Assembly: GCA_942492935.1 (NCBI GenBank)
Contig: OW818654.1
Location: forward strand, 1,515,219-1,579,218
Origin: an uncultured bacterium
GTDB lineage: Bacteria > Bacteroidota > Ignavibacteria > Kapaibacteriales > UBA2268
Direction: 5' to 3'
DNA: 64,000 nucleotides
The notes below the pieces were generated by a model, which saw only the letters and a list, made by a program, of their open reading frames with translations, searched no databases and was not told the DNA's origin. Position numbers and translations under genes: made by a program. This document shows, piece by piece, positions 38,032 through 46,500 of this stretch. Each line of letters starts with the position of its first letter. Positions within the stretch are counted from its first letter, which is position 1.

Positions 38032-38078
38032 TTTAATCACCGCCCGGCTCGTGCCGGGCTATATAAGGAGCAGAAAAA

Positions 38079-38432
38079 ATGAAATCCAATTTAGATTTTT
38101 TAATAGGTGTTTCAATTAGAAAAAACACAAATACCACAGATGTATTTAAGATCTTAAAATTTATTTGGTCAGAGGATGATAAAATTTGCTGGGTTTGGGG
38201 TGAAATAAGCGATTTTAAAACCTCAATTGTAAGTAGTTATGTTAAATTTGCTATATTTACGGAATCATCTATTTCAAGCGAAGAGTTTGATTTTTTGTCG
38301 GAACAATCGGAAGCAATAAACGTTGCAACAGATATAAATGAAACTATTACATTGATAAAAATTTTAGTATGGGCGGAAAGTGATTGTTTTAATGAAGAAA
38401 GATCATTTTATCATATTGTAAATAATATTTAA
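38079..38432 (+). CDS. Hypothetical small protein
   Basis: Starts at the ATG of cassette 2. Confidence 0.4.
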   Translation: MKSNLDFLIGVSIRKNTNTTDVFKILKFIWSEDDKICWVWGEISDFKTSIVSSYVKFAIFTESSISSEEFDFLSEQSEAINVATDINETITLIKILVWAESDCFNEERSFYHIVNNI

Positions 38433-38474
38433 TCACCGCCCGGCTCGTGCCGGGCTATATAAGGAGCAGGAAAA

Positions 38475-38885
38475 ATGGAAATCATTTTAGATAAAACTTT
38501 GATTAAAGATGTTCCAAATACACAGTATAAAATTAGTATTACAAGAGACAAAAATGTTAGATTTAGCAAATATTTGTCTCAAGAATTAAATTATAAATTT
38601 GCTATTACTAAAAATGGAAATGATTTATTTCTTTTCAGTATAGGAAGTGGTTTAGAAATTGCAAATAATCACTATTGCAAGGTAAAAATCGCAGGTGAAA
38701 TTCTTTTAGAAAATTCGAATTTAAGAGATTACGGTGCTTGGGATCTATTGGCAGAAAAAACGGAAATTGACAATGAAACTTATTGGAAATTATCAATTCC
38801 AGAATCAACATTAGAACTATATAGAGAAATTGACGCAAGAAATGAAGAGTGGGCAAAAGACGAAGAGACAGAAGAGGCAGAATGA
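38475..38885 (+). CDS. Hypothetical small acidic protein
   Basis: Starts at the ATG of cassette 3. Confidence 0.4.
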   Translation: MEIILDKTLIKDVPNTQYKISITRDKNVRFSKYLSQELNYKFAITKNGNDLFLFSIGSGLEIANNHYCKVKIAGEILLENSNLRDYGAWDLLAEKTEIDNETYWKLSIPESTLELYREIDARNEEWAKDEETEEAE

Positions 38886-39397
38886 ACTACATTAGAACCG
38901 CAGAAACTTTAGAGCCGGAGTATAATGACCCGGCTCTCGGAGTATATTATCATTTAGAAAATGATGAATCAGCTTATATTGAAATTAAAATGCAAAAAAA
39001 AGCTACTCAATACTACTTTTCAGGGCTTGTTAGTATTCCAAATTTGCTCCATATTTTGCATTGGTTGCATTCTGGAGTTGATAACGTGAAAAAGTTCTAT
39101 GAAATGCTAAACAGTGGGGAGATTGAAGTTTTCCCGCAGGAAATGCTCGAATATATGCAAGAAGAAAACGAATTATTTGGTGATGATGATAATTTCCCGC
39201 GATGGATTAAGGATTATAATTTATGTGAAGATGTGGAATTTCCAGAATTTGAATCTAAAGAAATAATATTAAGTTTACCACCAAAACCAACTGAAAAAAA
39301 ATATTCACGTTCAGATTGGGGTAGTATGAGTGGTATAGGTACTGAAGAATTTTATAATTTGTATCTCAAAAAAAATGAAAAAGTATCAACAAAATAA
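38882..39397 (+). CDS. Hypothetical protein
   Basis: Start chosen at the ATGA overlap with the upstream gene. Confidence 0.4.
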   Translation: MNYIRTAETLEPEYNDPALGVYYHLENDESAYIEIKMQKKATQYYFSGLVSIPNLLHILHWLHSGVDNVKKFYEMLNSGEIEVFPQEMLEYMQEENELFGDDDNFPRWIKDYNLCEDVEFPEFESKEIILSLPPKPTEKKYSRSDWGSMSGIGTEEFYNLYLKKNEKVSTK

Positions 39398-39463
39398 TTT
39401 AGAAGCATACACAGTAATATTTCTTATTGTGGTTGTCGGATATTTGATTTATAAACTATTTGA

Positions 39464-39709
39464 ATGGATTTTAAAATGAGAAATGATATATTTTTGAAAG
39501 GGAAATATAGAGGTTTACTGACTAAGCTATCAAAAGAATACGGCAAAACAAGACCATATTTGAGGAAGTGTTTTTTCACTCCCGAAAATGATAATATGCT
39601 CGAAATAAAAGCAAAAATTATTGAAGAAATGAAATTGATAAATGAAGATAACAGTTTTGCAGATAAAAATAAAGAGCTTGACAAAGTTGTAAGCTCGCTG
39701 ATGAAGTGA
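39464..39709 (+). CDS. Hypothetical small protein
   Basis: Last rightward ORF before GC-rich element copy B. Confidence 0.35.
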   Translation: MDFKMRNDIFLKGKYRGLLTKLSKEYGKTRPYLRKCFFTPENDNMLEIKAKIIEEMKLINEDNSFADKNKELDKVVSSLMK

Positions 39710-39712
39710 GGA

Positions 39713-39785
39713 AATCCCCCTGCCCCCTTTAATAAAGGGGGAAAAGAAAAATCCCCCTTAGAAAAAGGGGGAAGGGGGATTTTTC
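39713..39785. terminator. GC-rich three-hairpin element (copy B), probable bidirectional terminator
   Basis: ggaaatccccctgccccctttaataaagggggaaaagaaaaatcccccttagaaaaagggggaagggggattttt is near-identical to 35501-35573. Confidence 0.6.
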
Positions 39786-40111
39786 TATATTTTCTTTATA
39801 TAATGGCTGGCAACGTTGTCAAAAAACGCATTGAATATGCTTTTTGCGAAGTTCCCGCCTGTTTCTTTCAATTCCATTTCAGTCTCTTTTGTCATACGTA
39901 TTCGCTTGCGTTTACGTTTCATTTGAGTTTCAATTTTCGTTTCTTTTGCTGGAAATTCTATATCTTTGATTACTTGAGCATACTCAACATTAATCTCTGA
40001 CATAATTTCATTGCTACCACCTTTGTCTGGGTGATGTTCCTTTGCTAATGTCCTGTACAGTTCATCGGCTTCAGTCAATGTTTTGACCATTTTGAAATAT
40101 TTATAATCCAT
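39785..40111 (-). CDS. J-domain (DnaJ-like) protein, second copy
   Basis: …YRTLAKEHHPDKGGSNEIMSEINVEYAQVIKD is an HPD motif in J-domain context. Confidence 0.65.
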   Translation of the reverse strand: MDYKYFKMVKTLTEADELYRTLAKEHHPDKGGSNEIMSEINVEYAQVIKDIEFPAKETKIETQMKRKRKRIRMTKETEMELKETGGNFAKSIFNAFFDNVASHYIKKI

Positions 40112-40131
40112 TACTCCTCCGGTTTGTTAAA

Positions 40132-40413
40132 TCAATCTGCGAATCTACCACGACCACGGCTTAATGCTTTTTTCCTTAGCAATTGTTTTTTAGTCATACG
40201 CTTTGCTTTACCCGCTGATTTCTTATATTTTTTCTTGATAAATGCACTTAACTGTGTATCATAAGGTTGAGCTTTTTCAATTCCCATACCTTTTACACGC
40301 TTTTTAGCAAATTTTCCTTTTTTCCATAAATCACCGTTCCACTGCATACGAGCTGCTGCTGCTCTTTGTTGCGTTTTTGGAATTTTGCCAAATTTTCTAC
40401 CTGTCTTAGCCAT
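40132..40413 (-). CDS. Very basic Lys/Arg-rich small protein (histone-like or DNA-condensing candidate)
   Basis: 93 aa, about 35% K+R (…KKGKFAKKRVKGMG…KKKYKKSAGKAKRMTKKQLLRKKALSRGRGR…). Confidence 0.45.
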   Translation of the reverse strand: MAKTGRKFGKIPKTQQRAAAARMQWNGDLWKKGKFAKKRVKGMGIEKAQPYDTQLSAFIKKKYKKSAGKAKRMTKKQLLRKKALSRGRGRFAD

Positions 40414-40437
40414 TTTACTGCTCCGAATAATGAATTA

Positions 40438-41061
40438 TTAATTATTAAAGATTGGAAATTCCATATCTTTTTTGATTTTTTTGTAAAGATAACGATTTTT
40501 GGTATGACAATCTGCAATACCATCTTCTGCGTGAATAACAACTTCAGCTAAATGCAGAACGTCATTTTCACCTTTAAAACTTTTTCCACCTTTCAATGAG
40601 AACAAAACACTTATAAAACTAATAGCTTGCTCTTTATAATCATTGTGAAGCATAAACAGATCCATTACAGTTTTTTGGTTAAACATAGCAATTTTTGAAA
40701 TACTGTCCATAATTACAAACTTATATTTGCCTGTATCAATCTGCTGTTTGATTGAATTTAATTCGCAATTATCCCAAAAATGAATTGTAGGACTGCTGAT
40801 TTTCAAAGCCCTTGCTTTACTTTGAATTGTACCACCTGCGAGGTTTTCCTCCGCATTTATGTACAAAACCCTGCCACTCCTTGAAAGCATATCAGCAAGT
40901 TTTAAAGCAAATGATGATTTACCTCCAAATGATGGACCAGTTAATAACATTGTCCATTGAACATTTGAAGGAATTTGACCTAAGAATTTGTTCCATTTTA
41001 ACGGCATATTCAGAGGTTTTACTTTGTAACCAATTGTATGAGATAATGGTGTTGCTTTCAT
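40438..41061 (-). CDS. RecA/KaiC/DnaB-C-terminal-like P-loop ATPase (207 aa)
   Basis: Walker A LLTGPSFGGKSSFALKL. Walker B …YKFVIMDSISKI (hhhhDS type, RecA-like rather than FtsK/HerA DE type). Confidence 0.55.
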   Translation of the reverse strand: MKATPLSHTIGYKVKPLNMPLKWNKFLGQIPSNVQWTMLLTGPSFGGKSSFALKLADMLSRSGRVLYINAEENLAGGTIQSKARALKISSPTIHFWDNCELNSIKQQIDTGKYKFVIMDSISKIAMFNQKTVMDLFMLHNDYKEQAISFISVLFSLKGGKSFKGENDVLHLAEVVIHAEDGIADCHTKNRYLYKKIKKDMEFPIFNN

Positions 41062-41669
41062 AAATATTTCTTATAAAGTGCATAAGCTGTTGTAATACCT
41101 ACAGTTGCTATTGTAGCACCTGCAATTCCCAATGTAACATCTTCAAACCCTGCCATAAACTCATACAAAAATCCCGGCAAGTTATATGAAATTTGTCCTT
41201 CATCGGCTCTACCTTGTATTTTGGGCATTTCTTCAGTGTGAATAAATTTATATCCAGACAATGAAGAATGACTTGCCCAAGTTACTGAATCATTATTATT
41301 TCCTTCAATACATTTAATAGTGCCGTTTCTGACTTCTACTACCAAACCAACGTGTCCGCCACCACTACGAGTACGAAAGAAAATTGATCCGGGCTTAGCT
41401 GTTGTATCAACACGCAAACCCTTTTTGCTTGCAGAATTAACCATCGTTACTGTAGATGCGGTTTTTGGTAGTAAATTTTTAATTCCAAAATCCTTTGCAG
41501 TCAAATCAGCTACCATCCAAACGAACTTTGCACACCAATGCTCATTAGTTTGCTTTCCGTTGAAATACTCTGTAATTTCATTCAAGCAAGGAGATGAACC
41601 CGCTAATTTCAATTCTTTACAGCCAAGCCACAATTCCGCTTTTTTAGTTAATCCTGTTGCAAAATTCAT
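41058..41669 (-). CDS. CHAP-domain peptidoglycan hydrolase with C-terminal TM anchor
   Basis: Cys context …HWCAKFVWMV…. His context …GGGHVGLVVEVRNGTIKCIEGNNNDSV. The C-terminus VTLGIAGATIATVGITTAYALY is hydrophobic. Confidence 0.55.
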   Translation of the reverse strand: MNFATGLTKKAELWLGCKELKLAGSSPCLNEITEYFNGKQTNEHWCAKFVWMVADLTAKDFGIKNLLPKTASTVTMVNSASKKGLRVDTTAKPGSIFFRTRSGGGHVGLVVEVRNGTIKCIEGNNNDSVTWASHSSLSGYKFIHTEEMPKIQGRADEGQISYNLPGFLYEFMAGFEDVTLGIAGATIATVGITTAYALYKKYL

Positions 41670-41866
41670 ATTAATTTTTTCAACCCAAATTTTTTGTAAT
41701 ATTTAGTTTTAAAAACTTTGTGAATACCAGCACTCAACAAACCAACAATTGCACCATTTCCAATTGACTTCGGGATAGAATTTTTTGCAATTAAATTAGA
41801 TGCCACCGCTGTAATTCCACCGCTTATAACTGGTGTTTGTACATATTCGCCAACTGATTTAGACAT
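41666..41866 (-). CDS. Small membrane protein
   Basis: 66 aa with one or two TM helices. Overlaps with neighbours indicate translational coupling. Confidence 0.4.
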   Translation of the reverse strand: MSKSVGEYVQTPVISGGITAVASNLIAKNSIPKSIGNGAIVGLLSAGIHKVFKTKYYKKFGLKKLI

Positions 41867-42404
41867 TTTGCCCTCCTAAATTGCACTTTAATCTATCAAT
41901 CATATTTGGTTGTAATACTTGAACTACTGTACCTGCCAATATGCTTGCACCAAAACCATAAAGAACAGATTTTCCTGTTGATTTTTTATATTTCTTACTT
42001 GCAACTATACCTGTACCTACGCCTGCAATCAGAGGAACTAAAGTTAATAATTTATCTTCAGTAGAATAATTACATTTGTTTTGGCTGTACGATGGACTTA
42101 ATGATATATTCGCCGCTTCCAATAATTGCACTTCGCTTGGAAGACCGTAATTGTGTTTAATTTTTAACCAAGACATTACACTTTGTCTGAAAATTATATC
42201 ACTTGTTAAAGCTGTTATAAGCTCTGATTGCGATAATTTTTTTTGATCAACGGCTGTCATTGCTACTAAAACATCTGTTCCTTTCACTCTTATATTTAAT
42301 TTATCAATTGTCCTGATAAATAAAGAAACGTCTGCTTTTTGAGGTACAATTTGTTCACTTGGTAATGTGTCCCAAACTGTTCCATCTTGTTTTGATTGGA
42401 TCAT
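41859..42404 (-). CDS. Membrane protein
   Basis: 181 aa. The C-terminal region has TM helices (…LTLVPLIAGVGTGIVASKKY… and …SVLYGFGASILAGTVVQVL…). Confidence 0.4.
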   Translation of the reverse strand: MIQSKQDGTVWDTLPSEQIVPQKADVSLFIRTIDKLNIRVKGTDVLVAMTAVDQKKLSQSELITALTSDIIFRQSVMSWLKIKHNYGLPSEVQLLEAANISLSPSYSQNKCNYSTEDKLLTLVPLIAGVGTGIVASKKYKKSTGKSVLYGFGASILAGTVVQVLQPNMIDRLKCNLGGQNV

Positions 42405-42766
42405 TTCTTTCTCCCTGCATAATAACCAATAATTCCACCCAAAATCATTGAACCACCGAACAATGCTAATAAAGTGGGTAAATAAATTCTAATTGCATCA
42501 TCTGTTACTTCTTTTCCAGCTGATGATAATACTCTGCTAATTGTATCATACTTACTGAAAACGGCTTCACCTGTGATTTTATACCAATCTTGAGCCGATA
42601 ACGTAGATAATTTTTCTTTCAATGTTTGAACTGCACTTTCACTCAACAACTGATTTTTGTTTTGAATGAATTTGGGCAATTGTATTTCTTTTTTCTGCTC
42701 TGTCATCTTGTAACCGCAATAATAGTGAATATCTGAACTGCTGTTCCCGCTGTCCACCATACCCAA
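42401..42766 (-). CDS. Membrane protein
   Basis: 121 aa with a C-terminal TM helix (…LPTLLALFGGSMILGGIIGYYAG…). Confidence 0.4.
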   Translation of the reverse strand: MGMVDSGNSSSDIHYYCGYKMTEQKKEIQLPKFIQNKNQLLSESAVQTLKEKLSTLSAQDWYKITGEAVFSKYDTISRVLSSAGKEVTDDAIRIYLPTLLALFGGSMILGGIIGYYAGRKK

Positions 42767-43323
42767 CCTTTTTCATACCACTTGTCCTCTTTAATTGTAG
42801 TGTCTTGATATGGAATATATTTGTGTAGCACTACTGAATCAATAGAAGAATTAATTCCCCATTCAAACCTATTTGATGGATATGAAAAACGTGAGAAAGC
42901 TGTATCGTGTTGAGTAAAACTTAATTCAACATTATCTGTTTTAATTACACTTTTTCTGTGTAGAATTGTATCCACATTTGATAGAAATGGAACAATTCGC
43001 TGTATGATTGTATCTCTCAAACTATCTTTCACAATTATAACTGTATCAAGAACTGTTTTATTATCGTAAATGATTTTTGTAGTACCAGTTACATAATATG
43101 GTTCTTTCACAATTACAATTCGAGTAGTATCGTAAATATAACCTTTTGTCTTTTCAATTACAACTGTTTCTGATTTATTGAAAAAAACAAGATATGCAAT
43201 TAAAGCAATTATAAAAGTTGCCATAATTACAATTATATAATTTTTAAAATCTGTCATCACCATTTCCCAATTGGACATTTTTGAGATTGAACTTTTGTTT
43301 TTAACTGTAAAAAACACCCGCAT
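42703..43323 (-). CDS. Membrane-anchored protein
   Basis: 206 aa with an N-terminal TM helix (…IIVIMATFIIALIAYLVFF…). Confidence 0.4.
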   Translation of the reverse strand: MRVFFTVKNKSSISKMSNWEMVMTDFKNYIIVIMATFIIALIAYLVFFNKSETVVIEKTKGYIYDTTRIVIVKEPYYVTGTTKIIYDNKTVLDTVIIVKDSLRDTIIQRIVPFLSNVDTILHRKSVIKTDNVELSFTQHDTAFSRFSYPSNRFEWGINSSIDSVVLHKYIPYQDTTIKEDKWYEKGWVWWTAGTAVQIFTIIAVTR

Positions 43324-43563
43324 TTTCTACATTGAACAGTTGAATTATTAATATTTCCCGAAACGTGAATACACAAAGCACAAATTGACAACCTTTGCAA
43401 CCTGCGTTGATTAATTTCTTGTGTATTTCCTGTAATATCCCCGAAAAAGCTCACTGTATCAACCTTTTAAATATGACTTTCATAAATCAATTCTAAGCAA
43501 CGTTTTGAGGGTAAGCATACATTAACCTACCCCCAATTTTATTAGTTTCAGCTAAAATTATTA

Positions 43564-46500
43564 TTAAGCACCAATTGACCACTTATTAACTGGTGCGGCT
43601 TCATTGTAAACGATATTGCAAGCATTAAGCAATGCAACTAATTCCACACAATTATAGCAACAACCACTCGCACCACTCGCACCATCTAAACCATTTTGTC
43701 CGCTGTAACCAGAAATTCCATCTGCACCATTTTGACCACTGTAACCTGATGCACCATTAATTCCACTAAACCAGCCACTATAACCTGAAATTCCACTCGC
43801 ACCATCTTGACCATTTTGACCGCTGTAACCTGAAAGACCATCTAAGCCATTTAGACCGCTGTAACCCGAAATTCCATTGCTTCCATTTTGACCACTGTAA
43901 CCTGAAATTCCGTTTGTACCATTTTGACCACTGTAACCTGAAATTCCACTTTGAGCTTGACCATTTGCACCCGAATAACCACTTAGTCCATCTGTACCAT
44001 TTTGACCACTTATTCCTGATTCGCCTTTTGCACCACTCGCACCTGACGCACCCGAAAAACCACTTTTTCCTGATGCTCCACTCCAGCCCGAATAACCACT
44101 GTAGCCACTAAGTCCTGATTTGTCCACCCACAATTTTAATGAAATATCGCCTGTGAATCCTGATATTCTTGTGTAGTCTTCAGTAGCTCCACTATATCCC
44201 GAAATTTGCCATTGTCCGTAAACTGTGAGAGGTTCTGCAACTGTACCCGAGAAGTCTTTGAAGTTTGCAGTTTGCCAATTCTTTTTACTGTCAATAATTG
44301 TATTGTTATGTCTCAATGTATTTGTTTGCATTGTATTTGGAATAATCGGATGCGAGAAATATGGTGTAATTAATGGATCTGTTGAATTACCAACTTTAAA
44401 TCCAGTAACTCCACCTGTTTGCTCAACTTTTACAACTAATCTGTGTCCGCTTTCCCAACTGAAACAACTTAAATCTGCTAAAAATGTATATATGCCACTA
44501 ACCGGTAATGTATCGGTAGAAATTTGACCTTTGTATGTTTCAGTACCATCTGCTTCTAAAGCATAGAATTTAAATGTTAAATATGCACTTCCTGATGAAG
44601 TAACATTCAAATTGAAAAACCATTTACCAAATGGGAAAATATCACCTGCTGGCTCAAAAGCATTTGCTAAGAATTTCAAATTTGTGAATGATGTGAAATT
44701 CACTTCTGCGTGAGATGGTTTACAACGTGAAATTACACGGAAACCTGCTTTGTCTGATGCGTCATTTGTGAAGAAAAATGTTTCATTTCCTGCACCGCCA
44801 TCACTACTTGCTCCACTATAACCACTATATCCCGATGCTCCCGCTGTACCTGTATCGCCTTTTGGTCCAGTTGCTCCACTTGTTCCAACTCCACTGTAAC
44901 CCGAAATCCCGTCTTGTCCTGAATAACCGCTGAATCCACTTCTTCCCGAAAATCCTGATGTTCCTTGTGTGCCTTGCTGTCCCGAATAACCACTAAATCC
45001 CGATGTTGATTGTCCCGAATAGCCACTAAATCCAGAAGTTCCAATTCCTGATTTACCACTCCAGCCCGAGAAACCACTTTTCCCTGACCAGCCCGAAAAT
45101 CCAGAAGTTCCAATTCCTGAATAACCTGATATACCACTTTCGCCTTGAATACCATTTTGACCACTGAAGCCCGAAGTTCCAATACCTGAATAACCACTAA
45201 AGCCCGATGTACCTACTCCAGAGAAACCGCTATAACCACTATATCCTGATGTTGAAGTTCCTGAATAACCACTAAAGCCCGATTCGCCCGGAATACCAAT
45301 ACCTGAACCATCTTGACCGCTGAAGCCCGAAAGCCCACTTTCGCCTTGAATACCTTGCTCACCTTTTTCGCCACTGTAACCACTAAAGCCCGATATTCCC
45401 GGTACGCCAATACCTGAACCATCAAGTCCACTATATCCACTATAGCCCGATGTTCCAATACCACTGTAACCCGAGAAACCGCTTATTCCTTGCGTTCCAA
45501 TTCCCGAAAATCCGCTGAACCCACTTGTTCCAATTCCCGAGAAACCACTTAGTCCTGATGTTCCAATTCCCGAATAGCCACTAAATCCTGATGTGCCTAC
45601 TCCCGAAAATCCACTTAGACCTTGCTCACCTTTTTGACCGCTGAAACCTGAAAAACCACTTATTCCCTGCGTTCCAATTCCCGAAAATCCACTAAGACCT
45701 GTATCGCCTTTTTGTCCACTGTACCCAGAAAAGCCCGAACTTCCAGCTCCACTAAACCCGCTATAGCCACTTGTTCCAATTCCTGAATAACCACTGAACC
45801 CACTTCTTCCCGAAAATCCTGATGTTCCAATTCCTGAATAGCCACTTTTGCCACTCCATCCACTGAAGCCCGAAGTTCCAATTCCCGAAAAACCACTTAT
45901 ACCTTGATCGCCTTTTTGTCCGCTGTAACCACTAAACCCGCTTGTTCCTATTCCCGAATAACCACTTTTGCCACTCCATCCACTGAAGCCCGAAGTTCCA
46001 ATTCCTGAATAACCACTAAAGCCCGATTCTCCCGGAATACCAATACCTGATCCATCTTGTCCTGAATAACCACTTTTGCCACTCCAACCACTGAAGCCCG
46101 AAGTTCCAATTCCGCTGTAACCCGAAAATCCACTTAATCCATCTTGACCACTGTAGCCCGATGTAGAAAGTCCTGAATAACCCGAGAAACCACTTGTTCC
46201 CGGAATACCAATACCTGAACCATCTTGTCCTGAATAACCACTTACGCCACTCCAACCACTGAAGCCCGAAGTTCCAATTCCAGAATAGCCACTGAATCCG
46301 CTTGTTCCAATTCCCGAATAACCACTGAACCCACTTGTTCCAATTCCCGAATAGCCACTGAATCCACTTGTTCCAATTCCTGAATAACCCGAAAATCCGC
46401 TTGTTCCTTCTGCACCATCTTGACCGCTGAAGCCCGAAATTCCACTTTCGCCATCTGTTCCATCTTGACCTGAATAACCTGATATTCCACTTTCGCCATC

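Larger units (their letters stand above)
37755..38474 (+). repeat. Three identical ~45-bp intercistronic cassettes (GC hairpin plus perfect Shine-Dalgarno plus ATG) preceding three small genes
   Basis: aATCA(t/c)CGCCCGGCTCGTGCCGGGCTATATAAGGAGCAG(a/g)AAAAATG occurs at 37755-37800, 38034-38081 and 38430-38477. Each contains the stem GCCCGGC/GCCGGGC. Confidence 0.85.
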
